Source: a virus
Length of the DNA: 64,000 nt
IMG/VR virus record: IMGVR_UViG_3300022602_000067
Span: 1-64,000 of that record
Reading direction: 5' to 3' (one strand)
The stretch's first letter is position 1; every line of letters begins with the position of its first letter. Shown piece after piece: positions 26,323 to 36,383 of the stretch. The notes below the pieces were generated by a model. That model was not told the DNA's origin, searched no databases, and was given only the letters and a program-made list of their open reading frames with translations. A program made the position numbers and the translations under genes.

Positions 26323-27189
26323 TTATCTGTAGTGTACTAAACTTACGATTCTCTTCAAATCGTCATAGGTTGTGCTTTCACCCATTGGTGCTGGGCCGGC
26401 TGGCATTGTTTGGGTTGCTTTTACCGCATTGGCTTGATTTTGCGAGTTGGCCGCTGGTGTTGCAGGTGCCGCCGCTGGTGTTGCAGGTGCCGCCGCAGCC
26501 GCTGGCTTGCCACCATTAGGAGCACGACTTAGGATAATATTATCATTGATATCAGGTACACCACCGCCTTTAGTCAACCATGCTTGATCTTGTGGAGTCA
26601 ATGCCGCAAATTTTGCAGCCTGAGCAGGATCTTTATAAGGGTTATTAACAGCGGGTGCCGCTGGAGTACTTGTTGCAGGTGCTGGAGCAGGTTTTGCTTG
26701 ATTGGCTGGATTTTCTAAACCACCTGTTGGGATTGCGGTTGCCGCATTAGTAGTACCGACTGGATTCTTAGCGGCATCTCCTGTAGGAGCCGCTGGAGGT
26801 GCAGTTGTGCCTGCTGGCGCTGCCGCTTGTCCGCCAAATTGTGCTTGTGCCGCTTGGGTAGCAGGACCCATGATACCATCAGCTTTAATTTTTGCACCTT
26901 TAGCAATTAAATCTTGTTGAAGTTTTATCACATTAGGATCTGACTTTGCCGCTGGTTTGCCAGCCGCATTCATAGCTGCCGCGCCACCTGCCGCGCCTGC
27001 CAAGCCTGCCGCGCCCGCAGTCTTCACAGGATTTGCACCCATCCATGATCCAACTTTTTGTGCACCAGCTTTAACAGCGTCTCCAATAGCACCAAGAACT
27101 CCTTCATTTTGTTGAGATTCTATTTGTGCTATTTTTTCTCGTAAACTTGATACTTTAGATGCTAGTTGTGTTTCGCCAATTCTTTTCAT
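26323..27189 (-). CDS. Ala/Pro-rich protein with a PG_binding_1-like domain
   Basis: VIKLQQDLIAKG...ADGIMGPATQAA; hydrophobic Gly/Ala segment before it. Confidence 0.7.
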   Translation of the reverse strand: MKRIGETQLASKVSSLREKIAQIESQQNEGVLGAIGDAVKAGAQKVGSWMGANPVKTAGAAGLAGAAGGAAAMNAAGKPAAKSDPNVIKLQQDLIAKGAKIKADGIMGPATQAAQAQFGGQAAAPAGTTAPPAAPTGDAAKNPVGTTNAATAIPTGGLENPANQAKPAPAPATSTPAAPAVNNPYKDPAQAAKFAALTPQDQAWLTKGGGVPDINDNIILSRAPNGGKPAAAAAPATPAAAPATPAANSQNQANAVKATQTMPAGPAPMGESTTYDDLKRIVSLVHYR

Positions 27190-27198
27190 TTTTAATCC

Positions 27199-29634
27199 TC
27201 ATCTTAATCCTGCAATTTTAAGTATCGCAGTTAGTTCTATATTTTCTTTCATTCCTTGCGGACCTTGTGGCATTCTAGGGTCCGCCATATGACCTAACTT
27301 AAATTTTTCAAGGTCAGCCATAGTTGGCATCTTTGCTATGTTACTAAGATCGGAGGAGCCGTGCGGTTGTCCTGGCGTAGCCAACGGGCCAGTTATGTTT
27401 GGCATATTTGGCATATTTGGCATATTTGGCATAGAAAACATGCCTTCGTCAGCTTCTTGATCGTGCATGCCTGCTAAGTGACGGATATGACCTAATTCAC
27501 TAGACGCATGCTGTTCGCTTGGATCCATTTTATCGATTAGCTTCAATACATGATGCAGATCCTGCTCTGTGGCATTACTGAATTCGCCATTCTTAAAATC
27601 TTTGAGAACTTTAGTTTTTGCACGAGTTCCGCCTATTGTAAAGTTTCTAGCTTCTTTATTCCAGAATCCACTTATACTTTTAAGCATTTGTTCCACGCCA
27701 CTTTTATCACTATCAGAATCAAACCCAAAATCTTTAGGCTCCATACCACAGTCATGTATACAATCGTGTAGTGTCATTTCTTTATGACCAAAGTCTAATG
27801 TTGTATCTAATGTTGCGCCGTGCTTTTTAGCTGTATGTATTGCTTTAATTAATCTAGCTTTAGGATGCGATCCTGTACTTTCTGCTACAGGTGGTGCTCC
27901 TGGAGGTACAGCTCCTGGAGGTACAGCTCCTGGTGCTGGTGGTGCTCCTGGAGGCATTGCACTTGCATCCGGTGCTGGTGGTGCTCCTGGAGGCATTGCA
28001 CTTGCATCCGGTGCTGGTGGTGCTCCTGGAGGCATTGCACTTGCATCCGGTGCTGGTGGTGCTCCTGCTGGAGCGCCTGGAGGAAGTTCAACTCCTCCAA
28101 CTGGAGTAGCATCACCTTCTGAATCTAGAGCCTTAGTGGCAACAATCTCTTGGGCTATTTCTTTAGCCTTAGGAGCGTCTGGTTCGCTAACCTTACCCGA
28201 GGCTAAATCTTGTAAATACAATTTGATTGCTGTACCAACATCGTCTTCATCTGAAAGACCTTCTAAATAATCATCGGTGAATACTTGACTATCTAAAATA
28301 CCTTTAAGACTTAGTGCGGCATTTATACCATCAACTCCTGGTCGTAATCCTGAGCTTATTAATTCTTTAAGTTTGTCTAATGCTTGTGATCTACGTGCTA
28401 CATCAGCACTAAACAATTCGTTATGTCCTTCTTCATCTTCGGCGTCTTCTAACAAACCGTTGACGAAATTTTCAAATTGATCTTCTGGTGATTCTTTAAT
28501 TCGCTTGCCTTCTTCGTTGTATTTTCCAGATTTTTTCTTTGAAATAGCAATGGCAGCCTGTTGCGCATTTCCTGTTTCATCTAATAAATCATCTGGTGTT
28601 AATTCCTTAATACCAACATTTTCTCCTACTAGTCTATAGATATACGGAAAGGCTGTTTTTAATTCTTCGTTAAATGTGCGGATAGTTAAGCGATCGATCC
28701 AATCATTTAAGATTTCTTCTGGAATGTCTTGAGATTCTTGTGCTGTAAAACTTTCTGCAAATGCTTGATAATATGTAGAGCGTTGGAGATTGTGTATTTC
28801 TTTTTTAACAGCTTCAATACGTTCATTGACTGTGCTGTTTATGTCATCCATTGCTTCGCTAAGTGTATCATTACGACCAACATAGTTCTTGAATTTACGT
28901 AGTTGGGCTAATTCTTCGCTTAATCCGGTAATATGCTGTCCGATCGGATCATAAGGATTACCACCGGCCTTGATATGTTCTGCTAGAGCACGGGCTCCAT
29001 TTAAGTGCTTGTAAGGATAACGGAAACGTTCACCGTTTGAATTTTCAACCCAGATACCCTCGATATGCATTGTACGTCCAGCGGCAAGTTCTGTGTTAAT
29101 TGGTTGACTGTGTTTTACTACTAATCGAGCTTCGCCTAGATCTTGATAACTCATGCGGCTTGTGCCATACATCTTGTTTTCCATCATAGATGATTTAGGA
29201 GCCATTGGTCCTTTAGGTTGCGGCTGTTGTTGAACAGGCTGTTGCATAACTGGTTCTTCCTTACGTTTTGATTGAAATTCATAGTCTCGTTTATCTAATT
29301 GATCTTTACCAATGTTTTGGATGTCAAAATTTAATAGTCGATCTTTAGCAAATGATCTTAATCCGCGAATAAATCTAAATATTCCTTCATTTTGTTTATT
29401 GGCTAGTTCTCCACTAGTTTGCACAATAATACCATCATCTTCATCTAGCGTGATAGTCACTGTTCCTAGCTTTTTACCAGCATTTTTATACTCAAATTCA
29501 AAAAATCTAGCCTTAGGTATATCTTGTTTTTTGCTCAGTACACCTGCATTTTCATCCCCAATTTTAATGTCATTAAAACGGGTGCTAATTTTTCCGTATA
29601 AATCTAAAGCAATTTTATCTAAATTAGTTTTCAT
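27199..29634 (-). CDS. Large putative head core/internal virion protein
   Basis: Start reassigned to MKTNLDKI after TAAATA; adjacent to terL; [10 protein letters not shown] and [11 protein letters not shown] motifs. Confidence 0.7.
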   Translation of the reverse strand: MKTNLDKIALDLYGKISTRFNDIKIGDENAGVLSKKQDIPKARFFEFEYKNAGKKLGTVTITLDEDDGIIVQTSGELANKQNEGIFRFIRGLRSFAKDRLLNFDIQNIGKDQLDKRDYEFQSKRKEEPVMQQPVQQQPQPKGPMAPKSSMMENKMYGTSRMSYQDLGEARLVVKHSQPINTELAAGRTMHIEGIWVENSNGERFRYPYKHLNGARALAEHIKAGGNPYDPIGQHITGLSEELAQLRKFKNYVGRNDTLSEAMDDINSTVNERIEAVKKEIHNLQRSTYYQAFAESFTAQESQDIPEEILNDWIDRLTIRTFNEELKTAFPYIYRLVGENVGIKELTPDDLLDETGNAQQAAIAISKKKSGKYNEEGKRIKESPEDQFENFVNGLLEDAEDEEGHNELFSADVARRSQALDKLKELISSGLRPGVDGINAALSLKGILDSQVFTDDYLEGLSDEDDVGTAIKLYLQDLASGKVSEPDAPKAKEIAQEIVATKALDSEGDATPVGGVELPPGAPAGAPPAPDASAMPPGAPPAPDASAMPPGAPPAPDASAMPPGAPPAPGAVPPGAVPPGAPPVAESTGSHPKARLIKAIHTAKKHGATLDTTLDFGHKEMTLHDCIHDCGMEPKDFGFDSDSDKSGVEQMLKSISGFWNKEARNFTIGGTRAKTKVLKDFKNGEFSNATEQDLHHVLKLIDKMDPSEQHASSELGHIRHLAGMHDQEADEGMFSMPNMPNMPNMPNITGPLATPGQPHGSSDLSNIAKMPTMADLEKFKLGHMADPRMPQGPQGMKENIELTAILKIAGLR
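27896..28067. repeat. Coding tandem repeats (39 bp x3.5; 15 bp x2)
   Basis: GGTGCTGGTGGTGCTCCTGGAGGCATTGCACTTGCATCC at 27932, 27971, 28010, encoding [13 protein letters not shown] repeats. Confidence 0.95.
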
Positions 29635-29644
29635 GTTATATTTA

Positions 29645-31246
29645 TCACATACCCGTCGATATGAATATAGGTAGCGGGGGTTCAAATTCTTGATCGGTAA
29701 TCCAATCGCTGGTTACCCTAATGTGTTCAAAGACCTGTGGATCCCATTCCGCAAGCACTTGACTCATACGTATCAGCAAAAGTAAAGCCGCTACTAGATC
29801 ATCGTGTTGGCCTTCTTTGGCTTTGAAGCTAGTTCCGCTGGCAATATAGGTTTTTAATTCGCTGATTAAAGGACGGCTGTTTAGAACACATTTTTCTTCC
29901 TCTATTAAGAATTTGACCTTAGCGCATGCGGCAATCTTAGTTCCGTGTGTAGTATTAAATCCTTTGCGGAATTTTTTAACGTGTCCTTTACGTGCAGGCT
30001 CGCTAAGAAAAACTCCCGGAAACGTTTCTTCTCCTAGATTATCTATTACTACTAAAGCACTTTCGCCTACTGTATTATTCTCTACACTCCAATATATATG
30101 ATTAAAAGGCTCGCCGCCTATTTCATCTGCAATATATTTTAGTATGTCTCTTAGTATTTTTACCTGACCCTGGATAGGAGTGATATTGTGTTGCCATTCG
30201 GCTACCTGTATCATGCTAGGCATTTCGAAGACTTCTATCGCTCCAAAATCTCCGCCTGTTCCTAGACTAGGGTCAAATGCTACCAGATAAACTTTGCCCG
30301 ACTCGGGTTTTTTCCACCAACGCACCTGACCCATTTTCCAGGCTGGTTCTCTACCGGCCATATCGATTAGTTTAAGACTACTAATTAGTGTTTCGTCATA
30401 GACTAAGAATTCGCAACCATACTCGCGACGGAAACGCTCTTCACCGATACGACCCATTTCAGTTTTCTTCCAGTTCTCATCGCGATCCGGATGTTCGTGC
30501 CATTCTGCACGGAATCCGTGGAATCCATTACGACCTATACCGTCGGTTCTTTCGTCACCGTACTCGTTAAATTTATCCTGGCTTTCTTTCCAGATTATAG
30601 CAAACTCGTCCTCGTCACTGTTAGGTGTTGAGGTAATAATTGCTCGTCCACCAGTTGCGAGTGTCGGGCTGATTGATGTCCAGAATTCTGTGGCAATATT
30701 TGGCTGTACGAAGGCAAACTCGTCGCAATAAAGGAGGGATATAGACATACCGCGGCCTGTGTTGCCAGTTGTTGTAGCAGATACAATTCTTGATCCGTTG
30801 TCAAATTCAATACTCCCCTTGTTATAGTTAACTACACCTGCTCGAACATATTCGTCACATAATTCGTATCCATAACGAATACGTTGCATAATTTCCTGTG
30901 AACCGGTGTATTTGTGCGCGGCTACTAGAATAGTTTGATCAGGATGGAACATGGCATACCATAACAGATATGCTGATGCACAAGTTGTCTTACCACTTTG
31001 ACGTGGCAGCATATTAATATTAAAACGATAATCGTGATATGCGTTTAGTAGTCGTTCCTGGTATTCGTAAGGCTCAAATTTAACTTTACCTTTAACAGGA
31101 TGCTGGATATGAAAGAAGTTTTTACTGAAGTAGTGATAACCAGTTGTGGGGTCAGCACAGGCTAGCAAGTCCTGAACCTGCTGTTCTGTAAACTTTTCTT
31201 TAGTGTGAGCCTTTTTTGTTAAGACCCCGTCGAGACTTTTTGCCAT
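29645..31246 (-). CDS. gp17: Terminase large subunit
   Basis: PRQSGKT, LLYCDEFAF, TSTPN, FRREYGCEF, AFDPSLGTGGD, HDDLV. Confidence 0.95.
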   Translation of the reverse strand: MAKSLDGVLTKKAHTKEKFTEQQVQDLLACADPTTGYHYFSKNFFHIQHPVKGKVKFEPYEYQERLLNAYHDYRFNINMLPRQSGKTTCASAYLLWYAMFHPDQTILVAAHKYTGSQEIMQRIRYGYELCDEYVRAGVVNYNKGSIEFDNGSRIVSATTTGNTGRGMSISLLYCDEFAFVQPNIATEFWTSISPTLATGGRAIITSTPNSDEDEFAIIWKESQDKFNEYGDERTDGIGRNGFHGFRAEWHEHPDRDENWKKTEMGRIGEERFRREYGCEFLVYDETLISSLKLIDMAGREPAWKMGQVRWWKKPESGKVYLVAFDPSLGTGGDFGAIEVFEMPSMIQVAEWQHNITPIQGQVKILRDILKYIADEIGGEPFNHIYWSVENNTVGESALVVIDNLGEETFPGVFLSEPARKGHVKKFRKGFNTTHGTKIAACAKVKFLIEEEKCVLNSRPLISELKTYIASGTSFKAKEGQHDDLVAALLLLIRMSQVLAEWDPQVFEHIRVTSDWITDQEFEPPLPIFISTGM

Positions 31247-31259
31247 ACATTATTTAATC

Positions 31260-31287
31260 AAAAAAATAGACTCCGAAGAGTCTATTT
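31260..31287 (-). terminator. Rho-independent terminator (UUCG loop)
   Basis: Minus strand AAATAGACTC-TTCG-GAGTCTATTTTTTT. Confidence 0.85.
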
Positions 31288-31321
31288 GGCACCTTGGACA
31301 GGGTGCTAACTGCGACGAAAC

Positions 31322-32566
31322 TTAACCGTTTAATCTTTTGTTTAATGCTAGCATAGCATTTAATTCTTTACTTTCATTCATTTGTTCTGGTAAGGTTGGA
31401 GTATGGTGTTGTCCTAAACTTCCTCGAATATCATTTTTCATACGCTTTCTTCTATCAGCCGTAAGTTTTCCTTTTGAGTCGCCTTTACTAGAGATACTAC
31501 CATACCCCCAGTTCTCAGGATCATTGTGATGCTTAGGTAAATTACTTCTAGTATCTAATGGATCCGTCCATACAGTATCTCTGTCAAATGTAGATCGTTT
31601 TTGACCTGGATCTTTTTTAGGTCTTTCTTTTATACCGTATCCGTAATCTATGCTGTCGTAATCATCACTGTCGCCTTTCTTTTGAGTAAACAGTTTACCT
31701 TTGTATTTAGGATCACGCCATTTAGCAGATTCTTCCATATCTTCATAATCTTTAGGATCATGTTCTTCATAGTGATAGTGCTCTAATGCCTCTTGACGAC
31801 TCCAACCGTATTTTCGCATTAGGTGTCGAATCTTTTTCTCTTCGTCATCCTCGTGATGAGCGTTTTCTTTTACGTCTTTTTTAGACATTTTTTCACTTTC
31901 ACGGCGAGCTTTGTCACTCATGTTAGTTACTTTACCCCGGCCATTTTTATCTTGGGCCTTGCGCCATGGAGTTTCTTCTTTCCACTTAATAACGTTGCCT
32001 TTTTCATCTTTTTCTTCTGTACGTTCTTCTTTAATAGCCTGATACATAGCAGATAAACGATTTACTAATGATTCATTATATGGATTTCCGCCGCCTTGCT
32101 TTTTATGCGGTTCCATAGAACCTTTGCTGTTCATGTCATCACCATGAAATGTAACGGCATCTATACCATGTGTATGATGAGTGTGGCCACCTTCAGCGGA
32201 ATTACCCCAACCTTCTTTGTCATCGTCGATTACTTCAGACATGCGTTCTTCTTCTGCACCAAATAAAGGTTCTCCGTGACTATGATCTGGTTCATGATCT
32301 GAATGATGTGCAACACCACTTTCAATATCTCGCAGTATGCTCATTAGATCTTTTACACCACCAGGCCCCGATCCATTCAGACTAACGTTCATTGTAACCG
32401 TATCTGGTTGTTTAGGCTGATCTTGATGGCCCATCATGCCTGGTAATCCCATTGGCCCGCCGATAATTATGCCTTCCTTTTCTGCAGGACCATCGGTATG
32501 GACAGGAGCGACAGGAGCCCCTTCATCTATTCTTTTTAATTTAGTTAATAAGTCTTGTAGGTTCAT
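31322..32566 (-). CDS. Charged low-complexity protein, putative prohead core/internal protein
   Basis: MNLQDLL..IDE start, His/Glu/Lys-rich, C-terminal ESKELNAMLAL. Confidence 0.65.
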   Translation of the reverse strand: MNLQDLLTKLKRIDEGAPVAPVHTDGPAEKEGIIIGGPMGLPGMMGHQDQPKQPDTVTMNVSLNGSGPGGVKDLMSILRDIESGVAHHSDHEPDHSHGEPLFGAEEERMSEVIDDDKEGWGNSAEGGHTHHTHGIDAVTFHGDDMNSKGSMEPHKKQGGGNPYNESLVNRLSAMYQAIKEERTEEKDEKGNVIKWKEETPWRKAQDKNGRGKVTNMSDKARRESEKMSKKDVKENAHHEDDEEKKIRHLMRKYGWSRQEALEHYHYEEHDPKDYEDMEESAKWRDPKYKGKLFTQKKGDSDDYDSIDYGYGIKERPKKDPGQKRSTFDRDTVWTDPLDTRSNLPKHHNDPENWGYGSISSKGDSKGKLTADRRKRMKNDIRGSLGQHHTPTLPEQMNESKELNAMLALNKRLNG

Positions 32567-33198
32567 TATCTACTCTCCATAGCTTTAGCGCCAATATCGT
32601 CTGGCCTTTTAGCAACAGGGCTACGATGAGCTTTTTCTACTGTGCTTTGTTTTTCTTTACGATATTCTTTAGCAAGTCCTGGAACACTTCTTGCTAGGAT
32701 TTCATCGTTGAATCCTTTAACTTGGGTACCTTGATGACGTTCATGAGTAAGCGAACTAAGGAAGTTCATTTTATGTTTTTCGCCTACTAGGTCGCTGTTG
32801 TCGCTAGGCTCTTGCATAGTTCCACCTAACGCTTGGCCACTAAGTTTATCGTATTGATGATTGATCATCATTTCTTTTTCTTCTGCCATGCTTCTAACTT
32901 TAACAGAAGCATGCGATATATTCATAATTGCGCATAGCTTGTCCTGTATTTGCTTGCTAGTACACGGATAGTTTGTCGCAATATCATATACTGTCATATG
33001 AACATTTCTGTGCTCAGGAAATTCACTGTGGCGTTCTTGAATAGGAGTTCGTTTGCCAGCACTACAGCTAGAGATTTCAAACTCTCCTAAGGCTGCCTTG
33101 ATTTTAGTGGCAACATCTGACTGATGCTCGCCTGCAATTTTTACTTTGAATTCGTAAACTTTTGTGCTTTCCGTTAAATATTCTTTGAATGATTTCAT
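32566..33198 (-). CDS. Putative head-associated protein
   Basis: MKSFKEYLTES resembles the T4 capsid-targeting sequence. Confidence 0.7.
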   Translation of the reverse strand: MKSFKEYLTESTKVYEFKVKIAGEHQSDVATKIKAALGEFEISSCSAGKRTPIQERHSEFPEHRNVHMTVYDIATNYPCTSKQIQDKLCAIMNISHASVKVRSMAEEKEMMINHQYDKLSGQALGGTMQEPSDNSDLVGEKHKMNFLSSLTHERHQGTQVKGFNDEILARSVPGLAKEYRKEKQSTVEKAHRSPVAKRPDDIGAKAMESR

Positions 33199-33219
33199 AT
33201 TAGTTTCCCAGTATTGTAT

Positions 33220-33693
33220 TTATTTCATATTCTTTAATTTTTCTAACAAGCTGTTGCGATCTGTAATAATAACACCGTCTCCTGGTATTGTTACGCCGTC
33301 ATCTGTATTAGCATCTTGGTCTAATTTCTGTTTTTTCAGCTGTAGTTCAATCATTCTAAGTTTTTTATCTATCTTGGCACTTTTAGCGTCAACTGCATTT
33401 TTAAGCATGCTGGCCGCTACTTCAAATAAACGACTGCTATAACGTGCTTCCACATTCATGCCCAGATCCATAAGATCTTCATAGGCCTCTGTGGCTTTTT
33501 TAGCAAGATCGTCAAATTCACTATCACTAGCATCGCCTAGACCTTTTACAGGAGGCAGTGCGGCAGAAATTTTATCAAATTCGCTAATATCACGAAGCAA
33601 CGGTGCTACATCGCGTTTTTGTTGTTTTTCATCTTCCTTTATAATTTTCTTACTTTCGGGAAGATTGAGTAGTTCTTCAAGTTTTTTTGTCAT
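33220..33693 (-). CDS. gp16: Terminase small subunit-like
   Basis: Helical core ...RLFEVAASMLKNA..., C-terminal ITDRNSLL; lies near terL and gp4. Confidence 0.6.
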   Translation of the reverse strand: MTKKLEELLNLPESKKIIKEDEKQQKRDVAPLLRDISEFDKISAALPPVKGLGDASDSEFDDLAKKATEAYEDLMDLGMNVEARYSSRLFEVAASMLKNAVDAKSAKIDKKLRMIELQLKKQKLDQDANTDDGVTIPGDGVIITDRNSLLEKLKNMK

Positions 33694-33707
33694 ACAACTA
33701 CTTATGC

Positions 33708-34136
33708 TTATGTTTGGCTGAATATATCATTTTCGTTAAGAATACGAAACTTAATGCCCTGTTGTCGACACCACGCATTTGCCGCTAACCATTTAGCTTG
33801 ATTTTTTACATATTGAGCTTGATTATACTTGTTCTTGCCCACACGCTCTAAAATAGTTTGACTTGCCGGTTTAATTTCAATTAGTTCAGTCAACATACGA
33901 TTATTTTTATCTACATACTGTATGAAAAAATCTGGAACATATACCGTTTGTTTTGCTGTTAGGGGATCTCTGTAAGGAATCTGGACTGCTTCGCTAGCCC
34001 ACTTGACTACGCTTCTATTGTTGTCGCAAAAATTCATAAATGTTAGTTCCCAGCTTGAACGATACGTAGGCATTTTTGTCCCCACATATTTTTCAGGATG
34101 CTTCATTACAAATTTTCCACGGGCAAATTTAGTCAT
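33708..34136 (-). CDS. gp4: Head completion nuclease (gp4-like, TnsA-N/PD-(D/E)xK)
   Basis: HPEKYVG, YRSSWE, WASE, YVPDF, IEIKP, NQAKW. Confidence 0.88.
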   Translation of the reverse strand: MTKFARGKFVMKHPEKYVGTKMPTYRSSWELTFMNFCDNNRSVVKWASEAVQIPYRDPLTAKQTVYVPDFFIQYVDKNNRMLTELIEIKPASQTILERVGKNKYNQAQYVKNQAKWLAANAWCRQQGIKFRILNENDIFSQT

Positions 34137-34137
34137 A

Positions 34138-34503
34138 TTAGATTAAAATATTACGTGCTTCGTAGGTATTTGTTATAGGTTGAGTCCTATAGCCCAATAG
34201 ACTAGTTTTATCTCTTGTACTGTTGAGTACTTGAGCTACTACTTGACTAAGCTGTACGTCTGTTAGACCTTTAAGTGTATCTAATAGACTAAAAACACTA
34301 ACTTTTTCTGCGCGAGCCTGTCTTAATAATACAATAGCAACAGAGCTTGCTCCAGTAGTATCAAACCCTCTTTTAAGGAAAAATGCTGTAGTAGCATCCA
34401 TTTCTCCTGCTGAAAAACTAATAGGTTGTTTTGTTAGATTATCAAAAAATGTTTTGACATTTCTGCCATTAATCGAAGATATAGGTAAATTACTAGAAGA
34501 CAT
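34138..34503 (-). CDS. Hypothetical structural-region protein
   Basis: ORF in the tail/head operon. Confidence 0.75.
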   Translation of the reverse strand: MSSSNLPISSINGRNVKTFFDNLTKQPISFSAGEMDATTAFFLKRGFDTTGASSVAIVLLRQARAEKVSVFSLLDTLKGLTDVQLSQVVAQVLNSTRDKTSLLGYRTQPITNTYEARNILI

Positions 34504-34506
34504 ATT

Positions 34507-35664
34507 TTATAAACCCAAAGCACCACTCACTGCGTCGGCGGCAGAAGAAATTGCATCTCCTACTGCACCTGCGGCATCCGATATCGCTCCGCCTACTGCA
34601 CCTGCGGCATCCGATATCGCTCCGCCTACACTAGACAATCCGCCTGATAAATCAATTCCACCAAGTCCGCCTATCGCACTTCCTAACAGGCCGGCACCTA
34701 CACCGATTACACCAGCAACTCCTGCGGCCGCTCCTATAGTACCGCCAACAGTATCTAACGGACTGCTTGACTGCTGACTATTCTGATAAGTGTTTACTTG
34801 CGAAATGGCTTTAGATAATGCTCCTGCCGCCAAACCAGTTGTATCTATAGCTGTGACAAAACTTGCTCCACCTGCGGCATTATTGATTGCCGGTGTATCT
34901 CCTGCCGCAGTATTGGCCTGCAATGGGCTAAGAGTTGTATCGTAATGTGTAATTCCAAATCCTTCGGGACTGTCTGCGCTTACTGCTCCTACACTATAAC
35001 TTACTGCTTCATAATTAACTTTCATGTCAAATGAATTTGGTTGATAGTCACTATAACTTAATTTATTATGGTTCCAGTTAGTGATAATCGGATTCCACAA
35101 CTGATACATGACATATTCATGGCGTGCCATCTGGTAGATTTTAATGTAGTTAAAAAATGGTACTGTGCTACCTGCATCATACCCATAACTAGCAGGAATT
35201 GTACTGAAAGCCTGGGTGGCATTTCTTGAATAGGCTCCTGGAATAGTTGCAGTAGTTGGATCAGCATAGTAATAACTGTAATAGTTCTGCCAGACTTGAT
35301 TAATTAATCCCATGTTGTCATCATGGAATGTTATACCAATTTCAGAAGGAATAGCCTTATATTGCACAACTTTTTTACGATTATACTGATTTAATACTTC
35401 TGTTTGTATTTGAAAATTTGGAAGGTCTGCACTCTTAACAAGCATATTGATCTCTTGGCCAAAGCTAGTCAATATCGCTGGGTTTTTTAGACAGGCAGGA
35501 TTAATACCAAAAGCAACATGAAATAAAAATTTACTTTTTGGTGCAAGTCTAAATTGATCTATGGTGAATAATTTAGCCGCATGCTGTTGGTCGCGCAGTA
35601 GCTCGGGACCTCCACCAGGTCCTGTTTGATTTTCAGTAAGATAATTGTTAGGAGTGAACGCCAT
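34507..35664 (-). CDS. Tail-tube-like protein (gp48/gp54-type tube initiator)
   Basis: Tube-fold pattern VKSADLP...QYNRK...ITFHDD...; directly after gp19; Gly/Ala-rich tail. Confidence 0.55.
   Translation of the reverse strand: MAFTPNNYLTENQTGPGGGPELLRDQQHAAKLFTIDQFRLAPKSKFLFHVAFGINPACLKNPAILTSFGQEINMLVKSADLPNFQIQTEVLNQYNRKKVVQYKAIPSEIGITFHDDNMGLINQVWQNYYSYYYADPTTATIPGAYSRNATQAFSTIPASYGYDAGSTVPFFNYIKIYQMARHEYVMYQLWNPIITNWNHNKLSYSDYQPNSFDMKVNYEAVSYSVGAVSADSPEGFGITHYDTTLSPLQANTAAGDTPAINNAAGGASFVTAIDTTGLAAGALSKAISQVNTYQNSQQSSSPLDTVGGTIGAAAGVAGVIGVGAGLLGSAIGGLGGIDLSGGLSSVGGAISDAAGAVGGAISDAAGAVGDAISSAADAVSGALGL
34559..34629. repeat. 33-bp perfect tandem duplication
   Basis: CCTACTGCACCTGCGGCATCCGATATCGCTCCG x2. 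Confidence 0.9.
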
Positions 35665-35714
35665 ACTATTATTTATCGAAATAATAAACTACGCACTTAA
35701 TGGACAATCATAAT

Positions 35715-35734
35715 AAAACCCACTTGCGTGGGTT
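35715..35734 (-). terminator. Probable terminator after the tail tube gene
   Basis: AACCCAC-GCAA-GTGGGTT-TT on the minus strand. Confidence 0.65.
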
Positions 35735-35740
35735 GTATTA

Positions 35741-36370
35741 TTAAGATCCTAGCAAGTTTACGCCGCCTGGGAAATTCTGTACTGCTGTTGCTGATCCTAA
35801 TGCATTTGTTGGGCCAACTTGTACTGCGTTGTCAAATTGTATGCTTAGGTCAATCATCACAGGACCTTGATCGCTGTATTTTAAGTCTTGATAGTTTGTG
35901 CTAACTAGATAGCAACCATAACACACCCATGTTTCTAATGCGGTTGGAGTACTGGTTCCGTTAGCGCCATCGAGAATCTCTATACGCATAGTGAACTTAT
36001 AGTCACCTGCTGATGCCGCAGAGCTTTGCTCAAAGAAATCAAATTGTTTCTGATTCTGTTCGCCCACTAAAGTTGTAACTGCGTTGGTGACGTCATCACG
36101 CAACTTAATGCTGATTGGATCCCATGCTGGTTTGCCTGCATAGTGAACTACAGAGTTGTAAATTTCAATTTTCTGATCAGCAAACTTGACGCTAGGACGA
36201 GCCGCTTCTGAAACTTGTTTAGTTAATTCTACCGTACTGTTACCTGATCCAAAATTTTCAAAACTAACTCTAAAACGATATTTCAGTTTCGGCATTAGCA
36301 TACCTTGTGAGGTAGCACTTTGGTCCGAAGCTAATGGTACTGTAAAATTTGATAGTGCCGCAATTGCCAT
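35741..36370 (-). CDS. gp19: Tail tube protein
   Basis: PKLKYRFRV, RP, YAGKPAW, LRDD, QFDNA; follows the sheath gene. Confidence 0.85.
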   Translation of the reverse strand: MAIAALSNFTVPLASDQSATSQGMLMPKLKYRFRVSFENFGSGNSTVELTKQVSEAARPSVKFADQKIEIYNSVVHYAGKPAWDPISIKLRDDVTNAVTTLVGEQNQKQFDFFEQSSAASAGDYKFTMRIEILDGANGTSTPTALETWVCYGCYLVSTNYQDLKYSDQGPVMIDLSIQFDNAVQVGPTNALGSATAVQNFPGGVNLLGS

Positions 36371-36383
36371 AATGTTCTCCTAA

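Noticed and set aside
11947-31246. Inteins or introns in helicase, UvsW, UvsX or TerL
   Set aside because: Proteins are of normal length with contiguous motifs
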